DNA of 64,000 nucleotides from Microbacterium sp. (GTDB lineage Bacteria; Actinomycetota; Actinomycetes; Actinomycetales; Microbacteriaceae). The DNA is taken from assembly GCA_003524435.1 (NCBI GenBank), contig DQHP01000176.1, forward strand, positions 1,448 to 65,447, given 5' to 3'. The translations under genes were made by a program, and so were the position numbers. The notes under the pieces were generated by a model, which was given only the letters and a program-made list of their open reading frames with translations, was not told the origin of the DNA and made no database searches. This document shows positions 47,431 to 57,180 of the stretch, piece after piece. How positions within the stretch are numbered: the stretch's first letter is position 1; every line of letters begins with the position of its first letter.

Positions 47431-47879
47431 CGTTCTATGAAGAGGTCGGAGGTTACTCGACGTTCGAGAAGATCGTGAACATCTTCTATCGCGAAGTCGC
47501 CCTCGATCCGGTGCTCAAACCGATGTATCCCGAAGAAGACCTCGGTCCGGCTGCCGATCGCTTCACGATGTTCCTGGTGCAGTACTGGGGCGGCCCCTCC
47601 ACTTATAGCGAGCGGCGAGGGCATCCGCGGTTGCGCATGCGGCACATGCCCTTCCATGTAAACCCCGATGCGCGGGACCGGTGGCTGCGCTGCATGCGCA
47701 CTTCCCTCGATGAGGTGCAGTTGTCACCGTTGCACGACGCCACACTTTGGGACTATCTCGAGCGCGCCGCATCTGCCATGGTGAACACCATGGAGCCGTC
47801 CGGCATCGGTACCGCACCGGAGGGCCGGGCGACTTTGGAAACCCGCAGCAGCAGTCAGGATTCAACGGAGACCTCATGA
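47427..47879 (+). CDS. glbO: Group II truncated hemoglobin
   Basis: FYEEVGG, FY..V..DP.L, QYWGGP..YS.RRGHPRLRMRH.PF. Confidence 0.93.
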   Translation: MTFYEEVGGYSTFEKIVNIFYREVALDPVLKPMYPEEDLGPAADRFTMFLVQYWGGPSTYSERRGHPRLRMRHMPFHVNPDARDRWLRCMRTSLDEVQLSPLHDATLWDYLERAASAMVNTMEPSGIGTAPEGRATLETRSSSQDSTETS

Positions 47880-49534
47880 CGACCACGCCCCTTTCCGCAG
47901 ACGTACTCGTAATCGGATGGGGGCTGGCAGGCCTGGTTGCCGCGTCAGAAGCCGCCTCAGCAGGCAAACGCGTGATCCTCATCGACCAGGAACCGCGTTC
48001 AAATCTCGGCGGCCAGGCATGGTGGTCGTTCGGCGGGCTCTTTTTCATCGATTCCCCCGAACAGCGCAGACTCGGAATCAAGGACTCCTTGGAATTGGCC
48101 ACGCAGGACTGGTTCGGTAACGCCGGATTCGACCGGGATGAAGACCGCTGGCCCCGTGCGTGGGCAGAGGCGTATCTCCAATTCGCCGCCGGCGAGAAGC
48201 GCGCATGGCTACGCGAGCGTGGAGTCGGATTTTTTCCCGTCGTCGGTTGGGCAGAGCGCGGCGGCTACGGGGCCATTGGCCCCGGCAACTCGGTTCCGCG
48301 TTTCCACATCACCTGGGGCACAGGTCCCGGCGTCGTCGCGCCGTTCGCGGATGCCGTCCACCGCGCGGAGGATGCCGGCACTCTGACAATCCTCCCCCGA
48401 CACCGAGTGACCGAGCTTCTCACCGCGGATGGCGGTGTTGTGGGGGCGCGCGGTGAGCGGTTGGCGGACAGCATGACGCCGCGCGGCGTCGCATCGTCTC
48501 GAGACGTGGTGGGGGAATTCGAAATCTCAGCCGCCGCCACGATCGTGTCCTCAGGCGGTATCGGCGGCAACCATGATCTTGTCCGCGCTGCGTGGCCCAA
48601 CCGAATGGGAACTCCTCCCGCTCATATGCTCACCGGAGTGCCGGCCTACGTCGATGGCTCAATGCATGCCGTTTCCGAGGCCGCGGGTGCGCGCTTGATC
48701 AATGGCGACCGGATGTGGCATTACGTTGAGGGCATCAGTAACTGGGATCCGGTGTGGCCGTCACACGGCATCCGAATCTTGCCGGGGCCGTCGTCATTAT
48801 GGCTGGATGCTACGGGAAAACGTCTCCCTGTTCCGCTGTTTCCTGGATTTGACACGCTCGGCACGCTCGAACATCTGCGAACGACCGGACACGATCACTC
48901 GTGGTTCATCACATCACGTCAGATTGTCGAGAAAGAGTTTGCTCTCTCTGGAAGCGAGCAGAACCCTGATCTCACGGGCAAAGATGTCGGCCTGCTGCTG
49001 AAGTCTCGACTGGCGAAAGGGCCAACCGGCCCGGTGCAGGCCTTCCTCGATGAGGGCGAGGACTTCATCGTGGAGAACGATCTTGAAAGTCTGCTTGAGC
49101 AGATGCGGCGGCACAGTGGCGGCGAATTGCTCGATATCGATCTTGTGCGCCGCGAGCTCGTCGCGCGGGACCGCGAGATGGACAACGACTTCACCAAGGA
49201 CGCTCAAATCGGGATGCTGCGGTCTATGCGAGGCTACCGCGGCGACAAGCTGATTCGCACTGCGGCACCGCACCGGCTGCAAGATCCGGCTGCGGGACCA
49301 ATGATCGCGGTGAAACTGCACATCCTCACTCGTAAGTCGCTCGGCGGCATTGAGACAGACTTGGATGGCCGTGCGCTCGCGCCCGGCGGGGCCGTCATTC
49401 CCGGGCTGTTCGCTGCGGGCGAGGCCAGCGGCTTCGGAGGCGGTGGAGTCCATGGCTATCGTGCGCTCGAGGGCACGTTCCTCGGCGGATGCCTCTTCTC
49501 AGGCCGTCAAGCCGGGCGCGCCGCTGCACGATAG
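47876..49534 (+). CDS. FAD-binding dehydrogenase (KsdD-like family)
   Basis: VIGWGLAGLVAA, GGQAWWSFGGLF, GNSVPRFHITWGTGPG, LEGTFLGGC. Confidence 0.9.
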   Translation: MTTTPLSADVLVIGWGLAGLVAASEAASAGKRVILIDQEPRSNLGGQAWWSFGGLFFIDSPEQRRLGIKDSLELATQDWFGNAGFDRDEDRWPRAWAEAYLQFAAGEKRAWLRERGVGFFPVVGWAERGGYGAIGPGNSVPRFHITWGTGPGVVAPFADAVHRAEDAGTLTILPRHRVTELLTADGGVVGARGERLADSMTPRGVASSRDVVGEFEISAAATIVSSGGIGGNHDLVRAAWPNRMGTPPAHMLTGVPAYVDGSMHAVSEAAGARLINGDRMWHYVEGISNWDPVWPSHGIRILPGPSSLWLDATGKRLPVPLFPGFDTLGTLEHLRTTGHDHSWFITSRQIVEKEFALSGSEQNPDLTGKDVGLLLKSRLAKGPTGPVQAFLDEGEDFIVENDLESLLEQMRRHSGGELLDIDLVRRELVARDREMDNDFTKDAQIGMLRSMRGYRGDKLIRTAAPHRLQDPAAGPMIAVKLHILTRKSLGGIETDLDGRALAPGGAVIPGLFAAGEASGFGGGGVHGYRALEGTFLGGCLFSGRQAGRAAAR

Positions 49535-49572
49535 CCGATATGGCGTCTCAGACCGCGTTTCTGCAGCTAGCG

Positions 49573-50250
49573 TCAAGTCCCTGAGCCTGTCGAAGGCCCC
49601 GTCGTCCGCACAGCGGTGAGCCCTGTCGACATCGGTCCACGGCTCAAAACATGACCGCGGTTAAACGCCAGTCTCGTCCAACGACCGGAGGTGGTGACCT
49701 GCACGGTCTCCTCACCGGAGATAAACCCGAATGCGTGTGCTGCGAAAGCGATGCCCCGGGGCAGACCAGCGAGATCCTCATCTGGCTCGCCCCAGATTGC
49801 CGCACGCAGCGATCTGACGGCTTCTTCCCCGGCGCCGGGAGCACTACCCCGAGCAACAGCAGAGATGCCCCACTGAGCGCGCTGAGCGATCATAGAGGCC
49901 TCTAACGTGCTGCCTTGCTCCCAACCACTGCGCGGCGGTGCGACGCCCGCCCAGGCAGGTGAACGGCCCGTCTCTGGCAGCGCCAGCATCCGCTCGTCTT
50001 CATCTGGTGTGAGTTCGTCCACGACGATGTCGCACTCTAACTCAGGATCTGCGTGGACCATTCGCATCGCGAGCACCGTCGGAGTCTGGTCGAAGAGTCC
50101 CTGCGGCGCCAGCGCCGCAGCGGTCAGTGCGAGAACCCCGTGAGCACCCTGTAACCGTACCCCGTCGTCTGAGACAAGCGTCGCCCGTCCGAAAAAAGTA
50201 AGGACGTCGCGAGCGGTATCGGCGTCGGCGAGGATGAGACGAGGGTGCAC
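49573..50250 (-). CDS. Conserved hypothetical protein
   Basis: Fills the gap; WAGVAPPR.GW, AFAAHAFGF, GRWTRL...GHV motifs; TAGTTT 7 nt before GTG 50250. Confidence 0.8.
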   Translation of the reverse strand: MHPRLILADADTARDVLTFFGRATLVSDDGVRLQGAHGVLALTAAALAPQGLFDQTPTVLAMRMVHADPELECDIVVDELTPDEDERMLALPETGRSPAWAGVAPPRSGWEQGSTLEASMIAQRAQWGISAVARGSAPGAGEEAVRSLRAAIWGEPDEDLAGLPRGIAFAAHAFGFISGEETVQVTTSGRWTRLAFNRGHVLSRGPMSTGLTAVRTTGPSTGSGT

Positions 50251-50300
50251 GCCTTCTAAACTATCAATGAGGCGACCTATGGGTCGCGGGGAGGAGCGTC

Positions 50301-51188
50301 GTGAGCGCAGGAGCAAAGGATCAAGCATCCGTCGACAATCTGCTCGATGTGTTGGATCTCGATGTGAGTCAGGCGCGCACAGATGAGGACATCTTCACGG
50401 GTCGGTCACACAGCATGCCGAGCGGACGCATCTACGGCGGTCAAGTGCTCGGTCAAACGATCATTGCCGCTGAGCGGACGATGTCGGAGGATCGTGCAGT
50501 GCATTCGATGCACGGGTACTTTCTCCGCCCGGGCGATGCAACGCAAGGGCTCACGATCGCTGTGGATCGTATCCACGACGGGCGTTCCTTCTCAACACGG
50601 CGTTCGCAGGCCTATCAGAACGGTGTGCCGATCTTCTCGATGATCGCGTCGTTTCAGGACGAAGCGCCCGGCATCGAGCATTCGCGCCCGATGCCACAAA
50701 ACATTCCTCAGCCTGAAGAGATCGAGTCAGACGAAGAGCACGTCGCGAGCATCCCAGCTGAGGCCACACTGCTCATCACGGAGCGGCCCGTTGATATTCG
50801 CCATGTCGAGGCTCCGCTGTATCTCAGTGCTGACGGTGACCACGTGGCACGCCAGGCTGTGTGGATGCGCATGAAGGCCCCCATGCCGGATGACCCACGT
50901 TTGCATCGTGCGGCACTCGCTTACCTCAGCGATATGACCATTCAGGAGTCCATCCTGCGCGCTCATGGCGTGTCGTGGTCGACCCCCGGTTTGAAGGTGG
51001 CGAGCCTCGATCACGCAATGTGGTGGCACCGTCATGCCCGTGTGGACGAGTGGCTGCTGTACGTCCAAGAGTCGCCGAATGCGCGCGGCGGACGAGGGCT
51101 TGCAACCGGGCAGATCTATACCCGCGACGGAGTGCTTGCCGCGACTGTGACACAAGAGATCATGATTCGCGTCCCCGCGGCGGGCTGA
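50301..51188 (+). CDS. tesB: Acyl-CoA thioesterase II
   Basis: IYGGQV, HSMHGYFLRPG, DGRSFSTR, LAYLSD, SLDHAMWWH, TQE. Confidence 0.95.
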   Translation: MSAGAKDQASVDNLLDVLDLDVSQARTDEDIFTGRSHSMPSGRIYGGQVLGQTIIAAERTMSEDRAVHSMHGYFLRPGDATQGLTIAVDRIHDGRSFSTRRSQAYQNGVPIFSMIASFQDEAPGIEHSRPMPQNIPQPEEIESDEEHVASIPAEATLLITERPVDIRHVEAPLYLSADGDHVARQAVWMRMKAPMPDDPRLHRAALAYLSDMTIQESILRAHGVSWSTPGLKVASLDHAMWWHRHARVDEWLLYVQESPNARGGRGLATGQIYTRDGVLAATVTQEIMIRVPAAG

Positions 51189-51213
51189 CCCGCGATCGCG
51201 CGCGCAGCCCTAA

Positions 51214-51708
51214 TCACCGGTGCGCGTAGGTGATCGGCTGGCCGATGTACGGAGCCCAGGCGTCACGCATGTCTGACGTGACTCGCGTCGGACGCCCTGT
51301 TTCCGCGCTCACGAGCACAATGACCGCGGTTGAACGCGCGTAAAGTACGCGTTCCGTGCTGCCTGGATCGTTGAAGACCTCGTAACAAACCTCGAGGCTG
51401 GACCCGCCGAGCTTGCCGAACCACATTTGCACCTCGAGCGGACGCCGCTGGTACGGCACCGGCGCGAGATACTCGATCTCCTGTCGCGCAATGAGCGTCA
51501 AGATGCCGGCCTCAATGCCAGAGTTCAGCACAGCGGTGGGCGGCGCTTCCTCTCCCGCGCCCGCCTTCCAAAAGGCACGGACGCGGGCTTCTTCGAGAAG
51601 CTTCAGCATCGAGGCGTTATTGACGTGATTGAACGCGTCGAGGTCGCCCCACCGGAGATGGATCGGCACGTATAGCCGCGCGCCGATCCCCTCCGTAGCG
51701 TCAGTCAC
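51214..51708 (-). CDS. Hotdog-fold acyl-CoA thioesterase (4HBT/YbgC-like)
   Basis: LRWGDLDAFNHVNN, LEEAR, QEIEYLAP; start overlaps the ettA stop. Confidence 0.9.
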   Translation of the reverse strand: MTDATEGIGARLYVPIHLRWGDLDAFNHVNNASMLKLLEEARVRAFWKAGAGEEAPPTAVLNSGIEAGILTLIARQEIEYLAPVPYQRRPLEVQMWFGKLGGSSLEVCYEVFNDPGSTERVLYARSTAVIVLVSAETGRPTRVTSDMRDAWAPYIGQPITYAHR

Positions 51709-53380
51709 GCGTGAGCTTACGATGCGTGGAGCGGTGCGGGTTCGCCGCGTCCGGACCGAGGCGTTCGATCTTGTTCTGCTCATACGATTCGAAGTTGCCC
51801 TCGAACCAGTGCCACTGCGCAGGGTTCTCGTCAGTGCCCTCGTAGGCGAGGATGTGCGTGGCGATGCGGTCAAGGAACCACCGGTCGTGGGTGATGACCA
51901 CAGCACAGCCAGGGAACTCGAGCAATGCGTTCTCTAGCGAGCTCAACGTCTCGATGTCGAGGTCGTTAGTGGGCTCGTCGAGGAGAAGGAGGTTGCCGCC
52001 TTCTTTCAACGTGAGTGCGAGGTTCAGTCGGTTGCGCTCACCACCGGAGAGGACACCGGCCTTCTTCTGCTGATCTGGTCCTTTGAACCCGAACTTCGAC
52101 ACATACGCGCGCGAAGGCACCTCTGTCTTGCCGATAGTGATGATGTCGAGGCCATCTGAGACGACCTCCCACAGGTTCTTGTTCGGATCGATGCTCGCGC
52201 GGGACTGGTCAACATAGCTGATCTTGACCGTCTCGCCAATCTTGAGATCGCCGCTGTCGAGCGGCTCAAGGCCAACGATCGTCTTAAAGAGTGTGGTCTT
52301 GCCCACGCCGTTGGCGCCGATGATGCCCACGATGCCGTTCGGGGGCAGGCTGAAGCTCAGGCCGTCGATGAGTACCCTGTCGCCGAAGCCCTTCTTGAGG
52401 TTCTTCGCCTCGATCACGACGCTGCCCAGGCGCGGCCCCGCGGGGATCTGGATCTCGTCGAAGTCAAGCTTCTTCGTACGCTCGGCTTCTGATGCCATCT
52501 CTTCGTAGCGTGCCAGACGCGCCTTCGACTTCGTCTGACGGCCTTTGGCGCTACTACGAACCCACTCGAGTTCATCCTTGAGACGCTTTGCGAGCTTCTG
52601 GTCCTTCTTGCCTTGAATGTCGAGGCGCTCGCCCTTCTTCTCCAGGTAGGTCGAGTAGTTGCCTTCGTAGCCGATCAGGCGTCCGCGGTCGACTTCAGCG
52701 ATCCATTCGGCGACGTTGTCGAGGAAGTACCGGTCGTGAGTAATCGCGATAACTGCACCCTTGTACGCCTGCAAGTGCTGCTCAAGCCAAAGAACGCTTT
52801 CGGCATCGAGGTGGTTAGTGGGCTCGTCGAGCAACAACAGATCAGGCTTCTGCAACAGCAGCTTTGCCAACGCCACGCGGCGCTTTTCTCCGCCGGACAG
52901 CGGTGCGATCGCAGCATCCCCCGGCGGCGTCCGAAGCGCGTCCATCGCCTGGTCGAGCTGCGAGTCAAGATCCCAGCCGTCAGCGGCGTCAATCTCTTCC
53001 TGCAGCACGCCCATCTCGGCGAGGAGCGTGTCAAAGTCAGCGTCCGGATCAGCCATGAGGGCGGAGATCTCGTTGAAGCGATCAAGCTTTACCTTAATCG
53101 CGACGCCCTCTTGGATGTTTTCCAGGACGGTCTTCGATTCATCGAGTTCAGGTTCCTGCATCAGGATTCCGACCGTGAAACCAGGCGTCAGCTTGGCCTC
53201 ACCGTTGGAAGGCTGATCCATTCCCGCCATGATCTTTAGAATCGTCGACTTACCGGCACCGTTCGGACCCACCATGCCGATCTTTGCCCCGGGGAGGAAC
53301 GACATCGTCACGTCGTCGAGGATGAGCTTCTCGCCCACTGCCTTACGCGCACGAACCATCGAGTAGATGTACTCAGCCAC
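51701..53380 (-). CDS. ettA: Energy-dependent translational throttle ABC-F protein
   Basis: AEYIYSM, two ABC cassettes, linker ELEWVR..AKGRQTKSKARL, C-terminal HRKLTR. Confidence 0.95.
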   Translation of the reverse strand: MAEYIYSMVRARKAVGEKLILDDVTMSFLPGAKIGMVGPNGAGKSTILKIMAGMDQPSNGEAKLTPGFTVGILMQEPELDESKTVLENIQEGVAIKVKLDRFNEISALMADPDADFDTLLAEMGVLQEEIDAADGWDLDSQLDQAMDALRTPPGDAAIAPLSGGEKRRVALAKLLLQKPDLLLLDEPTNHLDAESVLWLEQHLQAYKGAVIAITHDRYFLDNVAEWIAEVDRGRLIGYEGNYSTYLEKKGERLDIQGKKDQKLAKRLKDELEWVRSSAKGRQTKSKARLARYEEMASEAERTKKLDFDEIQIPAGPRLGSVVIEAKNLKKGFGDRVLIDGLSFSLPPNGIVGIIGANGVGKTTLFKTIVGLEPLDSGDLKIGETVKISYVDQSRASIDPNKNLWEVVSDGLDIITIGKTEVPSRAYVSKFGFKGPDQQKKAGVLSGGERNRLNLALTLKEGGNLLLLDEPTNDLDIETLSSLENALLEFPGCAVVITHDRWFLDRIATHILAYEGTDENPAQWHWFEGNFESYEQNKIERLGPDAANPHRSTHRKLTRD

Positions 53381-53438
53381 CGAAAACCGCTCCTTACCTA
53401 AGCGTCGAAGATCGACACTCCAGCCTACCGGCTCTTGC

Positions 53439-53924
53439 TCACCAGTCGATCGGACGCGTATTACCGATGAGGCAACGTCCTTCGTCAAGTTGATCCATGA
53501 TCGCGGTCACCGGTGTTCCCGTCGAAGGACCGAACTGTCCGATGAGGCAGAACTCTTCACCCCATCGGACGGAGAACTGCATACTCTCGGCAGGATTACC
53601 TACGGTCGACAGGTCCTGTGTGACCTGCATATTGGCACGATCAAACCCAGCCGCGACCAGCGCATCGATGTAGGCACGCCCGGAATTCTTTTCTTCTGAT
53701 GCCCAGACCGTTTCAGTCACGGCCGTGAACACCGGCAGATTGTCTTCGGCTGTGCCCTCTGGATGGAACACGGGGGCTTCCGCCGTAGGCGTCGCTGGTT
53801 CACTCGGCGAGGCCTCAGGGGACGGCGCGGGATCCGGCGTGCAGGCCACCAGAGAAAGCCCGAGAAGAGCGGCCGCTGCCGCCATGACGATTCGCGAACG
53901 AGAGGGGAAGAGGCGGCGGGACAC
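53439..53924 (-). CDS. Putative lipoprotein (DUF6993-like)
   Basis: Signal peptide with lipobox LVAC, Pro-rich linker, CLIGQ...CLIG.TRPIDW. Confidence 0.8.
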   Translation of the reverse strand: MSRRLFPSRSRIVMAAAAALLGLSLVACTPDPAPSPEASPSEPATPTAEAPVFHPEGTAEDNLPVFTAVTETVWASEEKNSGRAYIDALVAAGFDRANMQVTQDLSTVGNPAESMQFSVRWGEEFCLIGQFGPSTGTPVTAIMDQLDEGRCLIGNTRPIDW

Positions 53925-53966
53925 ACAACGATCCTACGTGTGTACGCCGCCCCTTCCATTCAAGTT

Positions 53967-54446
53967 TCAGGAGACTTCTGCCCACGCAGAGGTATCCGCC
54001 GCAGAAGAATCGATACCATCGTCGTCGATGTTTTCGTCTGGAGATGAGCTGTGCTGGACGTCGTCAACAGACTGCTGCGGCACGCCAGGACGACTGGCCT
54101 TGACGAAGGCGCTGGCACCCCATCGAAGGTCATGTCCGATGGCGTCTGCGTCGATATCAGCGCTCATCCCCTTCTTCCCGCCGCTCTCCCATTCGCGAAG
54201 CTTCAACTTGCCGGTGACGATCACTGCATCACCAGAATGCAGTGAAGCTTTGGTGTGCTCAGCGAGTTGACGGAAGGCCGAGACGTTGTACCAGTTTGTG
54301 TTCGTCTCGAGCCAACTTTGAGTTTTCGAGTCGTAGCGACGTTGCGGGCTCGCGACGCGGAAATTCACAACAGGCACACCTCCTGGTGTTTCGCTGCGAT
54401 TCGGGTCCGCGCCGACGCGGCCCAGGATCGTGACGGTGTCGTTCAT
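53967..54446 (-). CDS. ssb: Single-stranded DNA-binding protein, second paralog (SsbB-like)
   Basis: FRVAS..RRYD, TNWY.VSAFRQLA, GDAVIVTGKL, IGHDLRWG; lacks a DDxPF tail; upstream of ettA. Confidence 0.9.
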   Translation of the reverse strand: MNDTVTILGRVGADPNRSETPGGVPVVNFRVASPQRRYDSKTQSWLETNTNWYNVSAFRQLAEHTKASLHSGDAVIVTGKLKLREWESGGKKGMSADIDADAIGHDLRWGASAFVKASRPGVPQQSVDDVQHSSSPDENIDDDGIDSSAADTSAWAEVS

Positions 54447-54598
54447 GTCTGTCTCCTCAGTGGTGCCGGGACACGCCCGGGTCACAACAGAGTGCCTGGC
54501 ACGAGCACCGCCAGAAGTGCGTTTAACCCAGTCGGTGGAGAACTCGTTATATCTGCTGGTCAGTGCAGGAAAGCTGCAGACCGACTGGCGCGATGCAA

Positions 54599-54623
54599 TG
54601 TCCGAGGTCGGTCATACGTTCGA
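54599..54623 (+). promoter_or_regulatory. PafBC-type promoter with an overlapping degenerate SOS-like box
   Basis: TGTCCG-N10-TACGTT; TCGGTC-ATAC-GTTCGA (2 mismatches to TCGAAC-N4-GTTCGA). Confidence 0.55.
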
Positions 54624-54640
54624 GATGAAGGGAGAACCTG

Positions 54641-54910
54641 ATGTTCGACACACAAATCAAACACCCACCGGAGGTTTCCTACGCGACCCCTCGCCTCACT
54701 TCGAAGCGTGAACAGCTGATTCGAGCTTCTGAACATCTCTGGCGCGTTCAAGATGCAACGGGCCGGGTCCTCGGGCACCTACGCATCGTTTCCGACCCGC
54801 TCGGCTTGCGTTACCGGTCTGAACGCCTTCACCTCGCTACCGGTACGTTCCGGATCGTCGGTGAATTCTGGAGCCCTGACGATGCTGTGCAGTCGTTGCG
54901 GAACGGGTGA
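54641..54910 (+). CDS. Small hypothetical protein, 89 aa
   Basis: AAGGGAG RBS; LWRVQD..GRVLGHL...RY.....GEFWSPDDAV. Confidence 0.75.
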   Translation: MFDTQIKHPPEVSYATPRLTSKREQLIRASEHLWRVQDATGRVLGHLRIVSDPLGLRYRSERLHLATGTFRIVGEFWSPDDAVQSLRNG

Positions 54911-54918
54911 CAGTGTTG

Positions 54919-54990
54919 TGCCCCCGGCAGGAATCGAACCTGCGACCGACGGATTAGAAAGCCGTTGCTCTTCCTCTGAGCTACGAAGGC
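54919..54990 (-). tRNA. tRNA-Arg(TCT)
   Basis: GCCTTCGTAGCTCAGAGGAAGAGCA-ACGGC-TTTCTAA-TCCGT..GCAGGTTCGATTCCTGC-CGGGGGCA. Confidence 0.9.
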
Positions 54991-55048
54991 GCGTCTCTCT
55001 AGCGTACCGCGAACGGGGTAATGTCCCTGTCCTCATTAGGATGAATAC

Positions 55049-55675
55049 ATGGCATCTGCATCAGAGAATGACCGTCTCGTTTGGATCGACTGCGAGATGA
55101 CGGGACTCGATCTCGAACACGACGAGCTCGTCGAGATCGCTGTGGTGGTCACCGACTTCGAGTTGCGCATTCTTGACCCGGGTTTCCAAGTGGTTATCAA
55201 GCCGAGCGATTCGGCGCTGGCGAACATGAACGATTTCGTCACCAACATGCACGAGACATCGGGTCTCATCAACGAGATCCCCGACGGCATCTCTTTGGCG
55301 GATGCTGAGGCGCAGACTCTCGCATACATCCAGCAGTTCGTGCCACAAGAGCGCAAGGCACCTCTCGCGGGAAACACGATCGGCACTGACCGAATGTTCC
55401 TCGCAAAGTACATGCCGCAGATCGATCAGTGGCTGCACTACCGCAACGTGGACGTGTCCAGCGTTAAAGAACTCTCCCGCCGCTGGTACCCACGAGTGTT
55501 CTTCCAGGCGCCGGCAAAGGACGGTGGCCACCGCGCCCTCGCCGACATTTTGGAGTCGATCCGCGAGCTCCAGTACTACCGTCAAGCGGTGTTCGTCGAC
55601 GAGCCAGGACCAACAAGTGATGAGGCGCGTGCACTATCCGCGAGCGTCGTTTCGTCGTTCAGCCTAGACGTGTAA
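55049..55675 (+). CDS. orn: Oligoribonuclease
   Basis: LVWIDCEMTGL, MH..SGL, LAGN...DR.FL, HYRNVDVSS.KEL, HRALADI.ES. Confidence 0.96.
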   Translation: MASASENDRLVWIDCEMTGLDLEHDELVEIAVVVTDFELRILDPGFQVVIKPSDSALANMNDFVTNMHETSGLINEIPDGISLADAEAQTLAYIQQFVPQERKAPLAGNTIGTDRMFLAKYMPQIDQWLHYRNVDVSSVKELSRRWYPRVFFQAPAKDGGHRALADILESIRELQYYRQAVFVDEPGPTSDEARALSASVVSSFSLDV

Positions 55676-55710
55676 TACACTCGTCTAGTTGCCTGCTCAC
55701 GCGGGCACAT

Positions 55711-55787
55711 GGTGGCTATAGCTCAGTTGGTAGAGCACCGCGTTGTGGTCGCGGGGGTCGCGGGTTCAAGCCCCGTTAGCCACCCCA
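55711..55787 (+). tRNA. tRNA-His(GTG) with G-1 and encoded CCA
   Basis: G-GTGGCTATAGCTCAGTTGGTAGAGCA-CCGCG-TTGTGGT-CGCGG...GGTTCAAGCCC..TAGCCACCCCA. Confidence 0.96.
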
Positions 55788-55821
55788 GAGGGGTTTCGCG
55801 TTGCAAGTCGCGATTCCTCGC

Positions 55822-55854
55822 AGAAGGCCCGAGTCGAAATGACTCGGGCCTTCT
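55822..55854 (+). terminator. Terminator after tRNA-His
   Basis: AGAAGGCCCGAGTC-gaaat-GACTCGGGCCTTCT. Confidence 0.85.
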
Positions 55855-55881
55855 CTCGTCGTCGCACCGTAGAATCAACAG

Positions 55882-56511
55882 GTGACTCTGACCGTCTGGC
55901 TTTCACTGCTCACGGCCTCCGTCATCATCAGTTTTACGCCGGGCGCCGGCGCCATCAACACGATGTCCAACTCGCTCACAGAAGGCTGGCGTCGCTCGCT
56001 CTGGGGCATCATCGGACAACAGCTGGCACTTGTTGTCCATGTGATCGTCGTCGCAGCGGGCGTTGGCCTCATCGTGGCAAGTTCTCCCCTGTTGTTTGAC
56101 TTCATCCGTTATGCCGGCGCGGCGTATCTTGCGTATCTGGGCCTTCGCCTCATCTTCGCGCGAACAGTCGATTCCGACACGGCGAGTGAACGGCCCCCAC
56201 GAATTCCGGAAAGCCGTTGGTCAATGACGCGCCGTGGATTCTGGGTGAACCTCCTCAACCCGAAGGCGATCGTCTTCTTCTTGGCCTTTATTCCTCAGTT
56301 CATCAAGGTCGATCAGCCGGCGATTCCGCAGTATCTGCTCCTCATCGTCACCGTCGTGATTGTCGACGTTGTCGTGATGTGGGGCTTCTTCGCCACCGCA
56401 GCCAAGCCCTTCCAACGAGCCACTCACACGGCGCGGGGCCAGCGAACGCTCAACATTGTTTTCGGAGTGCTCTTCCTCGCCGTCGCTGGGCTCCTCCTGG
56501 TCATCCACTAG
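55882..56511 (+). CDS. LysE/RhtB family efflux protein
   Basis: TPGAGA, GAAYLAYLG, NLLNPKAIVFF.AF.PQF. Confidence 0.92.
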   Translation: MTLTVWLSLLTASVIISFTPGAGAINTMSNSLTEGWRRSLWGIIGQQLALVVHVIVVAAGVGLIVASSPLLFDFIRYAGAAYLAYLGLRLIFARTVDSDTASERPPRIPESRWSMTRRGFWVNLLNPKAIVFFLAFIPQFIKVDQPAIPQYLLLIVTVVIVDVVVMWGFFATAAKPFQRATHTARGQRTLNIVFGVLFLAVAGLLLVIH

Positions 56512-56539
56512 GACCAGAGTGGCAATAGGCTGGATAGCG

Positions 56540-56887
56540 ATGGAAATGGATGCCGCGGCCTTCGAAGAACTCGTCATCGACGAGCTAGATCAGCTGCCTG
56601 ATGACATGGTCGATGGACTCGATAACGTCGTTTTTGTCGTCGAAGACCGTCCAGAAGACGGCAGTCTCGATCTGCTCGGGCTCTACGATGGCCTCGCTCT
56701 GACGGAGCGCGGCCAGTATGGAATGGGCGAGTTGCCCGACCGTGTCGTCATATTCCGCGAGCCGCATCTCGCCCACTGTGACACCCCGGAAGAGCTTCGT
56801 GACGAGGTACACACGACGCTGGTGCACGAAATCGCACACTTCTACGGTTTAGACGACCAGCAACTGCACCAATTGGGATGGGCATGA
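56540..56887 (+). CDS. Zincin_1 minimal metallopeptidase family protein
   Basis: FEELV, LLGLYDG, PDR..IFR.P, TLVHEIAHFYG...LGW. Confidence 0.9.
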   Translation: MEMDAAAFEELVIDELDQLPDDMVDGLDNVVFVVEDRPEDGSLDLLGLYDGLALTERGQYGMGELPDRVVIFREPHLAHCDTPEELRDEVHTTLVHEIAHFYGLDDQQLHQLGWA

Positions 56888-57180
56888 GTACTCCGATCGC
56901 AACGCCAGATCTCGACGAAGTCACCGACCTCTATGCCGCTCCGCTCGTGCCGTGGCAGGTGGTGGTGTGGAACGATCCCGTAAATCTGATGAGCTACGTC
57001 GCCCGGGTCTTCCGGACGTACTTTGGCTACTCCGCTGATCGCGCGAACCAGCTCATGCTTTCCGTGCACCACGACGGTCACGCCATCGTGGCGACCGGCC
57101 CTCGCGAAACCATGGAAGTACACGCGCAGGCGATGCACGACTTTGGGTTACGGGCGACTGTTCGAAAGGCTCCGCAGTGA
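56884..57180 (+). CDS. clpS: Clp protease adaptor ClpS
   Basis: WQVVVWNDPVNLMSYV, LMLSVHHDG.AIV. Confidence 0.93.
   Translation: MSTPIATPDLDEVTDLYAAPLVPWQVVVWNDPVNLMSYVARVFRTYFGYSADRANQLMLSVHHDGHAIVATGPRETMEVHAQAMHDFGLRATVRKAPQ

Noticed and set aside
54634..54646. GAAC-N5-GTTC over the small gene's start as an SOS box
   Set aside because: LexA boxes need a 4-nt spacer.
54919..54990. C.U mismatch at the base of the tRNA-Arg(TCT) anticodon stem as a sign of a pseudo-tRNA
   Set aside because: All other arms and invariant bases are intact; single mismatches at this position are tolerated.
55020..55042. AATGTCCC-N9-TAGGAT upstream of orn as a fourth PafBC site
   Set aside because: Spacer is 9 rather than 10 nt and the conserved G is missing; near miss only.
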